From the NCBI RefSeq assembly GCF_000014265.1, contig NC_008312.1, forward strand, positions 540,001 to 572,000: DNA of 32,000 nt, given 5' to 3'. The first letter of the stretch is position 1; each line of letters starts with the position of its first letter. A model generated the notes under the pieces. The model was not told where the DNA came from and ran no database searches. It saw only the letters and a program-made list of their open reading frames with translations. Positions 1 to 9,605 of this stretch are shown piece after piece. The position numbers and the translations under genes were made by a program. The DNA is from Trichodesmium erythraeum IMS101. GTDB taxonomy: Bacteria; Cyanobacteriota; Cyanobacteriia; Cyanobacteriales; Microcoleaceae.

Positions 1-345
1 AATGAGTTGAGAATGAGTTTAGCTTTTTCTACCTTGCTTAACCCCTCACTCATTACAGCGGTTTTCTGTCCATTTCCTACACAAATCTCAAAATTATAGA
101 TTAATTAAGATCAAAAAATTCCGTAGTGTTATATAAGCAAAAAAGAGAAAGAATTCTCTAAGTAGGTAAGCATAAATAGAGGTTAATATAAAAAATATGA
201 AAAAGTAGCTATAACCCAGTTTCCAATTTTTTACTGTTTTGAATTTTTCTTGCTATTGTACTAATAATTAAGTAGACCTACTTACTAAGAATTCTGAGCA
301 AAATTTTTCTTAGTGTTGAAACTGTAAAATCTTAATGCATGACTT

Positions 346-1866
346 TTAACTTCCTTGAAATGGAGATGGGGTAGCGATCGCAGATTTGTTAACTACCTGT
401 GAGACTGTAGTTTTACTAGTGCTCATACTATTTGCTTCAGTTTCAGTCCAACGCACCACCCAATTAGGCTGTATTCCTAGAACAACGATCATAACTGCTA
501 AAACAATTGCTGGTATTCTATCAGACCATTTTACTGGAGGCAGATTGATTACTGTTTCAGATAACCTACCAAAAAATACTCGGTTAATTAAAAGCAAGAA
601 ATAGGCTGATGTTAATCCTGTTCCAATCATACACAATAGAGTTGGAATTCTAAAAGCATTAAAACTGCCTCTAAATACTAAAAATTCAGAAATAAATCCA
701 ACCATTCCTGGAATACCAGCACTTGCCATTACTCCTAAAATCATGAGACTGCCAACCATTGGTAAACCTTGTTCTGGGTTTAATAGACCTCGCAATAAAT
801 CTATATCCCTTGTACCAGCTTTTTTGTAGACTATTCCCACTAATAAAAATAGTAGGCCTGAAATTAGACCGTGGCTAATCATTTGAAAAACTGTGCCCAA
901 GATACTGAGGGGAGTTGCTGCTGCACTAGCTAACAAAATGTAACCCATGTGACCAACTGAACTATAAGCCACCATTTTTTTCATGTCTTTTTGAGCGATC
1001 GCATTAAGTGAACCGTAAATTACACTTACTACAGCCCACACTGCTAACCAGGGAGAAACATCTGCCCAAGCTTCAGGAAACATATTTAATCCAAATCTTA
1101 GCAAACCATAAGTTCCTAATTTTAATAGTACTCCTGCTAAGAGTACAGAAACTGGTGTAGAGGCTTCAACATGGGCATCTGGCAACCATGTATGAAAGGG
1201 AACTAGGGGAATTTTAATTCCAAACCCGACAACTATTGCTCCTAATAATAATAGTTGAGTTCCTAAAGGTAGAGTATGGACAACTGCTTGGTCATAAGCA
1301 AAATTTGACGAACCACTTAACCAAACTACTCCAAGAAAGCCTACTAAGATTAGGATTCCTGAAATTGCTGTATAAATAAGAAATTTAGTGGATGCGTAAC
1401 CCCGTTTTAGTCCTCCCCAAATTGCAATTAATAGGTATAAAGGAATAAGTTCGAGTTCATAAAACAGGAAAAACAGTAGTAAATCTTGAGCAAGAAAGGC
1501 TCCAAATACACTAAGGGCCAATAATAATATTAAGGAGTAATAAAAACGAGGTCTATTAATTGATTCATCTGTAGCATATATGGCAATAGTGGTTAATATA
1601 CCGTTTAATACCACTAATGGTAGAGATAAACCGTCTATTCCTAAGGAGTAGTTTAGGCCTAGGGAATCTATCCAGGGAACCATAACAACAAATTGTTGAT
1701 TTGGATCTTGTGTATTGAATTGGGTAAGTAACACCAAAGACCATAAAAGACTAATGATGGCCACTATTAAAGCTAGTTGGCGGGCCAATTTTGGCGATAG
1801 GTAACTTGGCCAAAAACCAATAATACCAGCACCAATTAGTGGTACTAAGATGAGACTATTGAGCAT
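346..1866 (-). CDS. ndhD: NDH-1 (NAD(P)H-quinone oxidoreductase) subunit 4, NdhD; the N-terminus looks like the NdhD3/D4 subclass
   Basis: 506-aa ORF with ATG at 1864-1866. It is a polytopic membrane protein with complex I chain 4 (NuoM-type) motifs such as FFLFYELELIPLYLLIAIWGG, FHTWLPDAHVEASTPVSVLLAGVLLKLGTYG and AQKDMKKMVAYSSVGHMG. The subclass call rests only on the MLNSLILVPLIGAGIIGFWP N-terminus. Confidence 0.9.
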   Translation of the reverse strand: MLNSLILVPLIGAGIIGFWPSYLSPKLARQLALIVAIISLLWSLVLLTQFNTQDPNQQFVVMVPWIDSLGLNYSLGIDGLSLPLVVLNGILTTIAIYATDESINRPRFYYSLILLLALSVFGAFLAQDLLLFFLFYELELIPLYLLIAIWGGLKRGYASTKFLIYTAISGILILVGFLGVVWLSGSSNFAYDQAVVHTLPLGTQLLLLGAIVVGFGIKIPLVPFHTWLPDAHVEASTPVSVLLAGVLLKLGTYGLLRFGLNMFPEAWADVSPWLAVWAVVSVIYGSLNAIAQKDMKKMVAYSSVGHMGYILLASAAATPLSILGTVFQMISHGLISGLLFLLVGIVYKKAGTRDIDLLRGLLNPEQGLPMVGSLMILGVMASAGIPGMVGFISEFLVFRGSFNAFRIPTLLCMIGTGLTSAYFLLLINRVFFGRLSETVINLPPVKWSDRIPAIVLAVMIVVLGIQPNWVVRWTETEANSMSTSKTTVSQVVNKSAIATPSPFQGS

Positions 1867-2292
1867 TTATTTATATTTTCCTTTAACGTCAAGATACAAA
1901 TTGATTAACTACAAATAACTTATTACAATATAATAGTATTCTTTGTGTCTAAAAGCAGATTATAAGAATCAACGTGATCAAATTGAACTAAATATGATAG
2001 TCTGAAAATAAAATCCATCTATTCATAGATTTGACCTCAACTAAAGTCAGACAAGACTATACTTTAGTTCTGTTTAAAAAATCATCAATAAAAATTAACA
2101 ACATTGTTAATTTTAAATTAACTGTTAGTAGGGCTTAGGGAAATCAATATGAAATAGGGTTTATTGCCCTGATTATTGTCTTTCGCGAATAAAATACGTT
2201 TAGTATAATTAATAAATTTATTGTTAGCTATAAACCTCAAAATAATTACTAAAATTACTTTCTATTATAATTTTAATTTTGATATATTTTTT

Positions 2293-2729
2293 ATGCATAG
2301 ATTATGGGAAGTTGGACAAACTATATTAGGCTTAATATACCCCCATCCTCTTACGGATACTAGTACAATAACTATTTTACCATTAGGCCAAATAGTTTTA
2401 GTTCGTCTTCGTGACAATAATCAATATACTCTGCTAGGAGGTATGGTGGAATAGGGCAAGGATGTTTCGACTACTGTGAAAAGGGAGTTATCTAAAGAAA
2501 CAGAGTTATAATTAGTAAAAACTATAATTATTGATAAGGGATATATTTTACACTAAATCTGGAGCCAATAGTAAATTATATGAATATTCTGCTTGAGGCT
2601 GATGTGAAGGAAAATATGGATTTTAAAGACAACTTAGAGATTAGTGATATTTAAGGTTTTGAAATGACATCTTTACTACAGGATTGATCATCATTACTAT
2701 CGATGATCAAGGATTATCTGAGTTCTTGA
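2293..2729 (+). pseudogene. Decayed Nudix hydrolase gene with multiple stops and at least one frameshift
   Basis: The ORF ending at TAG 2452-2454 reads ...LLGGMVE*GKDVSTTVKRELSKETEL*. This keeps the exact Nudix-box spacing G-x5-E-x7-RE-U-x-EE-x-G-U, but with an internal stop and E->K, E->K and G->E substitutions. Downstream, in another frame, NILLEADVKENMDFKDNLEISDI*GFEMTSLLQD*SSLLSMIKDYL resembles a Nudix C-terminal half and carries further stops. Confidence 0.6.
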
Positions 2730-3310
2730 CAGTTTTGGCTTAAATATTTCTTTAATTATAGCAGTTTTGAAATTAATTAGGTATCAAGTTTTACGGATTT
2801 AGGGAATAATAAATAGAGAATAAACATTAGTATTAAACTCTAACTCACTATCCTCAAAACTACTAATAAAATCAGAAAAAATTGTGTATAAAAATATATA
2901 TTTATTCCTCAGTGTGTATGAATAAAAAAAAATTAATTTGTACTAATTATTGAAAACAATATTATGTTTGACTGTGTTATAAGTATATATAGAAATCCAC
3001 CTATAAGTTATCAAAATTCAAAAACTATAAATACACTTCAAAACTCTTGCCCCTTGCTAGGATTATTATTTCCAAAAAGAACAAATATTTTAGATATAAA
3101 TAAAATAGGATGGCTATATCCAACATTAAAATTTTATCACCTCCTAATTCCTAAATTTTCACAACTACTTTTTAATACTTCAGTGTTTTTTCCCAATAAT
3201 TAACACCTCAAACCTAGCACCTAAAACTTTTGTTCAGGATATCTACCATTACATAGGTAATGTTTAGGTATTTAGGTCAAATATTTGTGAAATTTTCCCA
3301 TTAAATATTT

Positions 3311-4138
3311 ATGCAATCTGTATGGCTTAATTCTCGTGTAAAATTGTCTGATGGACTATTATTTTGGCGTGAAATTGGTACTGGTTCAAAAAATATAGTT
3401 TTTCTACATGGAACTTGGTATGACAGTAGTCAGTGGTTATCAGTGATGGAAAAATTAAGTTTACATTACCATTGTTTTGCACCAGATTTACCTGGATGTA
3501 ATGAGTCGAAATTTTATTCTACTTATTACTCAATTAGTCAAATGGTAGAATATTTAGCTGAATATATAGCTGCCTTGAAATTAGAAAAAGTTTATTTAGT
3601 TGGTCACTCTTTAGGAGGTTGGATAGCGGCTAGCTATGGTCTTAAATATCCAGATAAATTATTGGGTTTGATTTTAGTATCCCCTGAAGGAATTGATATT
3701 GCTGATGTAAAAGTACGTTGGCAGTGGTATCGCTGGTTAGCTCCGAAAGTTTCTTTGTTGTATTGGATGTTGCGATTAATATATCCTTTTACTAGGCTAC
3801 TAGGTCTTAATAAGAAGGTTAAACAAATACTACAAATAAGACAAAATTTGCGTCTTAATTCAACAGTAAATCAAATTTTATTCCGGCGCCGTTGGGCACA
3901 GATAAAACATGAATTATTAGCAGAAAATTTAGGTTATTTAAAAGTAGCAACGTTGGTTTTACAAGGTTATAAAGATACGGATATTACTCTATCTATGAGT
4001 AAATACTGTGCTGAACTATTGCCGAGGGCTAAACTTAGTTTAATTAGTTCTGGGGAGAGTAACTTACCTGAACAAATACCAGATATAGTAGTACAAAAAA
4101 TTATAGATTTTTTGAGTGACGAAGATAATTTATTATAG
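3311..4138 (+). CDS. Alpha/beta-hydrolase-fold protein; nucleophile elbow present, canonical catalytic His apparently absent
   Basis: 275-aa ORF with FLHGTWYDSSQW (oxyanion region), DLPGCNES, the GHSLGG nucleophile elbow and LVLQGYKDTD (Asp region). The C-terminal segment SGESNLPEQIPD sits where the aGHxxxxExP motif normally lies. Confidence 0.8.
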   Translation: MQSVWLNSRVKLSDGLLFWREIGTGSKNIVFLHGTWYDSSQWLSVMEKLSLHYHCFAPDLPGCNESKFYSTYYSISQMVEYLAEYIAALKLEKVYLVGHSLGGWIAASYGLKYPDKLLGLILVSPEGIDIADVKVRWQWYRWLAPKVSLLYWMLRLIYPFTRLLGLNKKVKQILQIRQNLRLNSTVNQILFRRRWAQIKHELLAENLGYLKVATLVLQGYKDTDITLSMSKYCAELLPRAKLSLISSGESNLPEQIPDIVVQKIIDFLSDEDNLL

Positions 4139-4179
4139 GAGTAGGAAGTAAAAGGTAGGTTTTAGGAGTAATAAATAAT

Positions 4180-4192
4180 GGCGCTTTTCGCC
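4180..4192. terminator. Weak short GC hairpin between convergent genes; possible bidirectional terminator
   Basis: GGCGCTTTTCGCC (GGCG/CGCC stem) is flanked by A/T-rich sequence. It lies between the stop of the hydrolase (4138) and the stop of bioF (4282). Confidence 0.25.
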
Positions 4193-4281
4193 TATAATTA
4201 TTAAAGATATCGTTATTATTTACTTATTACTTAATAACTAAAATTTTGAGTAAGGCCTTGGGCTATTTTCTGGAATTGGTA

Positions 4282-5463
4282 TCACTGACTCAAATTAATT
4301 AATGCAGCTATTAATTGCTGAAGATGACTTGTTTCATGGGTAGACATTAGAGAAATACGAATGCGACTGGTATTAACAGTAGGCGGGCGAATGGCAGGAG
4401 CAAATATTCCTTCCTGTTTTAACTTTTCTCCAACTTTCAATGCTTCGACTGCATTTTTAAGGGGAAAACAAATAATTGGTGATTCATAATTAGAGGTTTT
4501 CTTACCTTTGTGTAACAATTGACTTTCTGTTTCTAGTAAATTAATAAAAATCTCTAAATTCTGCCATAGTTTCATACGACGTTCTGGCTCTTTTTTAATA
4601 ATTTTTATAGCTGTTAAAGCTGCTGCAGTATCAGCAGGAGTTAAACCTGTGGTATATATCCAAGTGGGTGTTCTATTTCTGAGAAATTCTATTAAATTTT
4701 TTGACCCGGCAACATAGCCGCCTAAACTTCCTAATGCTTTACTCAAAGTACCAATTTGAATTAATTGTTTTCCTGTACAGTTAAAGTGTTCAACACAACC
4801 TCCTCCATTAATTCCAAATACTCCTGTTGCATGAGCTTCATCTACTAAAAGCATACTATTATATTTTTCTGCTAAATCTAATAACAATGGCAATTTACAT
4901 AAATCACCATCCATACTAAAAACACTATCTGTAATTATTAAACTGCGGCGATAATTTTCTCGTTTTTGTTCTAATTTATTTTTTAAATATTCAATATTAT
5001 TGTGGCTATATTCGATAATTTTGGCACCACTAAGAATAGCTCCATTTTTCAGGCTAGAATGATTATATTCATCTGATAAAATTAGGTCACGTTGACTGAC
5101 AACCGAAGAGATTACACCAATATTTGCTAAATATCCTGAACTAAATACTAATGCTGATTCTGTTTGTTTTAATTTGGCTATTTCTCGTTCTAATTCCTGA
5201 TGTATTTCTCGATGACCTGTTAATAAACGCGAGCCTGTACTACCGCTACCAAATTCTTTTGTTGCTTGTATAGCTGCTGCGATTAAACGTTCATCTCCTG
5301 CTAATCCTAGATAATCATTACTGGCAAAATTTATTAGTTTTTTTCCTTCTAATTTAATTATTGCACCGGGAATACTTTCAATAGTTTTGACCGAACGATA
5401 CCAGTTAGCTTTATGTATTGTTGATAGGGATGACTCTATCCAACTATAGGGGTTATTTTGCAT
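4282..5463 (-). CDS. bioF: 8-amino-7-oxononanoate synthase (PLP-dependent alpha-oxoamine synthase), biotin synthesis
   Basis: The ORF track extends to a TTG at 5529, but an ATG at 5461-5463 ([13 protein letters not shown]...) is the plausible start. AONS-family motifs are present: [30 protein letters not shown] and [13 protein letters not shown] (PLP lysine). Confidence 0.9.
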   Translation of the reverse strand: MQNNPYSWIESSLSTIHKANWYRSVKTIESIPGAIIKLEGKKLINFASNDYLGLAGDERLIAAAIQATKEFGSGSTGSRLLTGHREIHQELEREIAKLKQTESALVFSSGYLANIGVISSVVSQRDLILSDEYNHSSLKNGAILSGAKIIEYSHNNIEYLKNKLEQKRENYRRSLIITDSVFSMDGDLCKLPLLLDLAEKYNSMLLVDEAHATGVFGINGGGCVEHFNCTGKQLIQIGTLSKALGSLGGYVAGSKNLIEFLRNRTPTWIYTTGLTPADTAAALTAIKIIKKEPERRMKLWQNLEIFINLLETESQLLHKGKKTSNYESPIICFPLKNAVEALKVGEKLKQEGIFAPAIRPPTVNTSRIRISLMSTHETSHLQQLIAALINLSQ

Positions 5464-5695
5464 TTTTAAGGAATAGGAAATATGGAATAAGAAATAGGGA
5501 GTAGAGAGAATAAAGTAGGGAGTGGCCAAAAATTAAATTATTTATCACTTAACATTTTTAAGGATTATAAATACCGAGACTCCCTATCTAAACTCTAAAT
5601 CTAAAGAGTGTTAAAATAATACTATTACAATATATTTTTGCTTTACTCCACAAGGTTAAAAGTTAGTAAAGTAAGTTTGGTTCATTTTGTACAAT

Positions 5696-6007
5696 TTGCT
5701 TTCAAGCCCCGAAACAATCTTTGAAGAATAAGGGCCACGGTTTAGGACTGTACTAAGTTTGTCAGCTTATGGCTTTTGGTAGGGTCTTTCTGAAGTTGCT
5801 GCTAATAATATTCAAATTTAGGGACTATTTCTAGTCCAATTTTCTTCCTATTGAAGGACAACCTGAAGGCTGAGGCTGAAGGACTAAAGATCACTAACTT
5901 GCTAAAAACTAGATTTAGGGAAGTTGACCAAAAATTATTAGATCGTGTAGAAATTTTGTTAAGTTATCTTCTTCGAAAGGAGAGCCCGAGAGATGGTAAC
6001 CAGGTCA
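5696..6007 (+). pseudogene. Short degenerate remnant resembling the C-terminal DUF4351 region of Rpn-family (YhgA-like) PD-(D/E)XK nuclease/transposase genes
   Basis: One frame reads ...KAEAEGLKITNLLKTRFREVDQKLLDRVEILLSYL..., which resembles the EGE..LILRLL.RRFGE....L...IE.LS pattern of DUF4351. An upstream frame reads LLSSPETIFEE*, which resembles the ES.IYQEI.EEG segment. There is no start codon and the frames are interrupted. Confidence 0.3.
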
Positions 6008-6491
6008 GAGTAAATTAGATATCTCCAAAAATTAAAAATTAAATCAATACATACTCATTACGGGATGAGAACTATTAGGCATTAAATATAGCATTACTAT
6101 TCAGAAATGCTATAATTAGAGATAAAACTATGGCAGCAATTTTAGTATAATTTAGCAACTTAATTATTAAAGCGATCGCTTAATTCAGTCTCTCAAAAAA
6201 ACAAAAAAAACAGGCGCAGAAGTTGATATTCTGGGAGCAAATAATGACAACACTTGACACAAATATAATTTTGTTCACCTTTTTCTAGATTTAATGGCTG
6301 TGGTCTTACGGATACTCTATTGTATTTTTCCTTGAATTATACACAATTATTATTGTATGAATTCTCTCAATAATTTGTCAAATTACTGAGTCTCTTCTTA
6401 AAAAATAACTCTTTTTTGATTTCAAGATTTATATTAACTAACTACAAGGATGTCGGTAAGATACTGATCAACATTTTAGTAAGAAAAAACT

Positions 6492-6690
6492 ATGAAGACA
6501 AAATTAGGTCACCCCATGCTACCACAAGCTAATAATGATGAATTAGCACGGCAAAATTTTCAGTTTGAGAAAATATATGTTTAAAAAAATGCTCCCTGAA
6601 TTGAAGGTGGTATAGGAAGAAACTGTCAAACCACAATTTGAAGTAGAAAACCAACGTCTTCCTAAAGACCGTTATGAAATTCGGCGGGGT
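6492..6690 (+). pseudogene. Disrupted 5' portion of the downstream methyltransferase gene (frameshift at an A7 run plus an in-frame TAG)
   Basis: ATG 6492 opens MKTKLGHPMLPQANNDELARQNFQFEKIYV, ending at TAA 6582-6584 inside GTTTAAAAAAATG. In the next frame, MFKKMLPELKVV*EETVKPQFEVENQRLPKDRYEIRRG runs straight into the Met at 6691, with a TAG at 6613-6615. Confidence 0.5.
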
Positions 6691-7593
6691 ATGAAGCAAC
6701 AACAATGCTATAAATGGTTTAGTAGCTTAAAGCGGACTATCCAAGAGATGATGTGGGAGTCAGTTGCGACTACAGTCGAACGTCAGCTACCAGAATTGAT
6801 AGAACAAGCAAAAGATCGAGAAGCACCCCAAGGAACAGTTACCTTAGACCCTGAATTGAAAATACCAGCCTACCAAACTGCGGTAGATATTCATTGTATG
6901 CCTGGGGGATATAATGGTGAATACACTCAAGATGATATATCTGCTGGTGCTATCTATAATTTAGGTGTTTATATATATAGTCTGGCAAACCGTGACTCCA
7001 TTCGCGATGACAGAGTTCAGACAGTTATCCACAAATTCTTGAAGCAGGAATACCCAAATTTTCAGCCTGGAAAAATTCTAGATATGGGTTGTACGATAGG
7101 TGATAACACTTTGCCTTATGTAGATGCTTACCCAAATGCTGAAGTTTATGGTATCGATCTAGCTCGGGCTATATTACGCTATGGTCATGCGCGAGCCGAG
7201 TTTTTAGAAAAACGGGTGCATTTTAGTCAACAGAATGCCGAGAAAACTAACTTTCAGGATGAGTCATTTTATTTGGTGGTAAGTCATATTTTACTACATG
7301 AAATACCTGTACCAGCAATTCAGAATGTTTTCCGCGAAAGTTATCGTTTGTTAGCTCCAGGTGGAATAATGATACATCAAGATGCGCGTTTGTATTGTCA
7401 TCTAGATGTATATACTGCGTTCCTCTACGATGAAGAAACAACTAATAATAATGAACCCTTCTGGAGTTCGATGCGAGATTTAGATTTAGTAGCTGTAGCA
7501 GAAGAAGCAGGTTTTTCCAGAGATAGTCTCATTGAAACGCTACTGGTAAAAAATAATGGAATGCAGTTATTTATTATTGTTGGTACTAAATAA
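6691..7593 (+). CDS. Class I SAM-dependent methyltransferase; the intact ORF is probably an N-terminally truncated remnant
   Basis: 300-aa ORF with a Rossmann-type methyltransferase core: ILDMGCTIGDNT (motif I, with GCGxG degenerated to GCTIG), VYGIDLA, and FYLVVSHILLHEI...LLAPGGIMIH. The coding signal continues upstream but is broken (see 6492..6690). Confidence 0.7.
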   Translation: MKQQQCYKWFSSLKRTIQEMMWESVATTVERQLPELIEQAKDREAPQGTVTLDPELKIPAYQTAVDIHCMPGGYNGEYTQDDISAGAIYNLGVYIYSLANRDSIRDDRVQTVIHKFLKQEYPNFQPGKILDMGCTIGDNTLPYVDAYPNAEVYGIDLARAILRYGHARAEFLEKRVHFSQQNAEKTNFQDESFYLVVSHILLHEIPVPAIQNVFRESYRLLAPGGIMIHQDARLYCHLDVYTAFLYDEETTNNNEPFWSSMRDLDLVAVAEEAGFSRDSLIETLLVKNNGMQLFIIVGTK

Positions 7594-7613
7594 AAAAAAA
7601 AGACAGAAAAAAA

Positions 7614-7883
7614 ATGATTCCTAAACAAGCAAAAGGTAAACGACCAGTTTATTTAGATAATACAGATAACGATCAATTACTGGCAATAATAATGGCATTG
7701 GCAGGAGAGGTGTCAGTATTGCGATAACGCCTAGATACAATTGAAAAATTAGTAGTAGCTAAGGGTATTATGTCTCTTGAAGATATTGAAAATTATCAGC
7801 CAGATGTAAAAGTAAATGAGGAACGAGAACAATGGCGTGCTGATTATATTAATAGAATACTGAGAGTTATACAGAATCTTTAA
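7614..7883 (+). pseudogene. Small (89-codon) ORF of unknown function interrupted by an in-frame TAA
   Basis: ATG 7614 reads MIPKQAKGKRPVYLDNTDNDQLLAIIMALAGEVSVLR*RLDTIEKLVVAKGIMSLEDIENYQPDVKVNEEREQWRADYINRILRVIQNL, ending at TAA 7881-7883. The internal stop is at 7725-7727. The sequence looks protein-like on both sides of that stop in the same frame. Confidence 0.45.
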
Positions 7884-8062
7884 TTGCTCTCAGATAATGA
7901 AAAAAATTGTTGAGAAATTTGCCATTGTTGGTGCAAAATTAGATTTTTAAGTCAGCCTAAAATAGGGATAGAAGTTAGTAATGGTTCTAATTTTTGCGAG
8001 TGGTATATATGGGGATAATAATCAGGTAAAATAGTACAAAATCAAGATAAATTTGAGAATAC

Positions 8063-8857
8063 ATGAACATGAATCTACAAGAACAAAATTGGATAAATTT
8101 ATTCGGAGATCTTTCTCCAGAAGGAATAGCTTGGTATGGTATTTGGACTAGATATTCTCCAAAATTAGAAGTTATAACATCTTTTCAAGGTATCAGAAAT
8201 TTGTCAGCTAATAATAATAAAACAGTAATTACTCATCGTAATAATTATACTTATGCTGATGGTAGTACGAAAGAAATACAATGGCTTCTTGATAAAGAAA
8301 TTGCCAATCAACCAGATGGAATAATTCATTCGGGAGCAGAATCTATGAGGGTATTATCTTTCAGTGAAGAAGCCAAAACTTCGATATGCCCACAATTAAA
8401 AATAGAGAATCCTTTCGGTTGTGAATTGTTTTTCCAACATCAAAATTTTCGGACTAGCGTTGTCGTTATTTATGGAGAAAATGGCGAGCTAGCAAGATTT
8501 ACACAAATTCGCGAACATCTAAATAGTTATCCAGACCAAAAACCAGGAGCAAATTTAAATAATATATCAGGAAATTGGGTTAGAAAAAAACAATCTATGA
8601 CTCCAGATTTACAAGTTTTTCAAGAACCAGAGATGAGAGAAATTGAGTTAAATCTAACTACAGGTAAAAATCAAACATTTTTCCTACCTGATGCTATAGT
8701 TATCAATGTTCCTCAACAGCTAAAAATAGGAGAAGAATTTGAAATTTTAGTAGGTAAGATGGTGATAGAAAATAAGTATAAAAGGATGATTGTTAAATAC
8801 GATAAAAATGGCAAATTTATCCAGTTAATTTCTGAAGTTTTTGACCGGAAAGATTAA
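8063..8857 (+). CDS. Hypothetical protein, DUF3598-like (a cyanobacterial/plastid-lineage family of unknown function)
   Basis: 264-aa ORF. The N-terminus, QNWINLFGDLSPEGIAWYGIWTRYSPKLEVITSFQGIRNL...ITHRNNYTYADGS, matches my recollection of the DUF3598 pattern (W.G.WT.YSP.G.V..SF...R.F......H.N.Y.Y.DG). The family assignment is from memory only. Confidence 0.65.
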   Translation: MNMNLQEQNWINLFGDLSPEGIAWYGIWTRYSPKLEVITSFQGIRNLSANNNKTVITHRNNYTYADGSTKEIQWLLDKEIANQPDGIIHSGAESMRVLSFSEEAKTSICPQLKIENPFGCELFFQHQNFRTSVVVIYGENGELARFTQIREHLNSYPDQKPGANLNNISGNWVRKKQSMTPDLQVFQEPEMREIELNLTTGKNQTFFLPDAIVINVPQQLKIGEEFEILVGKMVIENKYKRMIVKYDKNGKFIQLISEVFDRKD

Positions 8858-9605
8858 ACTGGCTGGAAAAGTAGTAATTTTGGTTATTAGTTATGGGTAC
8901 TTTTGTAAACAATGCATTAAAAATAGCATCAAGCCTTTATATAGTCTAGGTTTGAGATTTAATAAATCTGTTTGATTTTTTCCTAATATATCTAAGTTAG
9001 AGCTATTTTTAGCAATAGGTACCTATTTCCTTGACGCCAAAAGAGCAATGATAAGCTAAAAAAATATCAAAGTACCGTTATCAGTTATTAGTACCTCTAA
9101 AATCAAGCCAAAAGCTGAAAATACTTTATTCTTTTGATATTCTCCTGAAAGGTCAGCTGTTTACCTTACTTTTTGTCAAAGGTAATTCTTTTAGGGGGAG
9201 TTGCCAGAAAAAGAGCGATCGCCAATTGATAATAGGAAAAAATTGACTAAAAATATAGAATATGTTATATTTAAAATCCTTATTTTTTATAATAATATCC
9301 TCAAAAAATAGAGATATTTGATAGAATACCTTTGCCATATAATTACTGTCTACTTTTTTTCCTTTATAATATACTCAAGAATCAATTTATTATACCAAAA
9401 TTTAACAAAAAAATATGTTTTAATAATCAGTGTGATTAAAGAAGTTAATAGGATATTTTCCTTGGAAAAAAAAATAACTTTTGACCTAAAAAATAGTGTT
9501 AAAACTATTTGAATGTGACTCCTGAATCCTAATAAATATTTTAGTCATTTCTAACAAATATTTATCACATTTAGTCTAATAAATTAGAAAGGATAAAATT
9601 CAGCA

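Noticed and set aside
1-53. Possible 5' end of a minus-strand gene leaving the window (MSEGLSKVEKAKLILNS...)
   Set aside because: Only 17 codons are visible and no motif is present, so it cannot be supported.
386-604. 72-aa ORF on the + strand
   Set aside because: It lies entirely antisense inside the well-supported ndhD gene and has no recognisable motif. It is a typical shadow ORF.
346-1866. ndhD considered as part of an ndhF3-ndhD3-cupA type CO2-uptake operon
   Set aside because: No ndhF or cup gene flanks it within the window, so the operon context cannot be claimed.
2094-2111. Palindrome ATTAACAA-CA-TTGTTAAT about 230 bp upstream of ndhD, considered as a possible operator
   Set aside because: An 8-bp A/T-rich inverted repeat is not very improbable in DNA of this composition. 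It matches no regulator consensus I can name (it is not an NtcA GTA-N8-TAC site).
2221-2454. 77-aa ORF from the track, considered as an intact gene
   Set aside because: Its C-terminal part is the first half of a Nudix box cut by a stop codon. It is better explained as part of the Nudix pseudogene at 2293..2729.
2964-3203. 79-aa ORF in the ndhD-hydrolase spacer
   Set aside because: Its composition is extremely A/T-driven (I/N/K/F/L-rich), with no motif and no plausible ribosome-binding context. It is likely a chance ORF.
5464-5529. N-terminal 22-codon extension of bioF from a TTG start
   Set aside because: The extension ([22 protein letters not shown]) is a translation of the GGGAGTA/GGAATA-type repeat. 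The ATG at 5461-5463 gives a normal BioF N-terminus.
7247-7628. Two minus-strand ORFs (7247..7441 and 7425..7628)
   Set aside because: They are antisense to the methyltransferase ORF and have low-complexity translations. They are treated as shadow ORFs.
9153-9512. Overlapping ORFs 9153..9338 (-) and 9318..9512 (+)
   Set aside because: Both are low-complexity translations of A/T-rich DNA. They are mutually overlapping and have no motifs.
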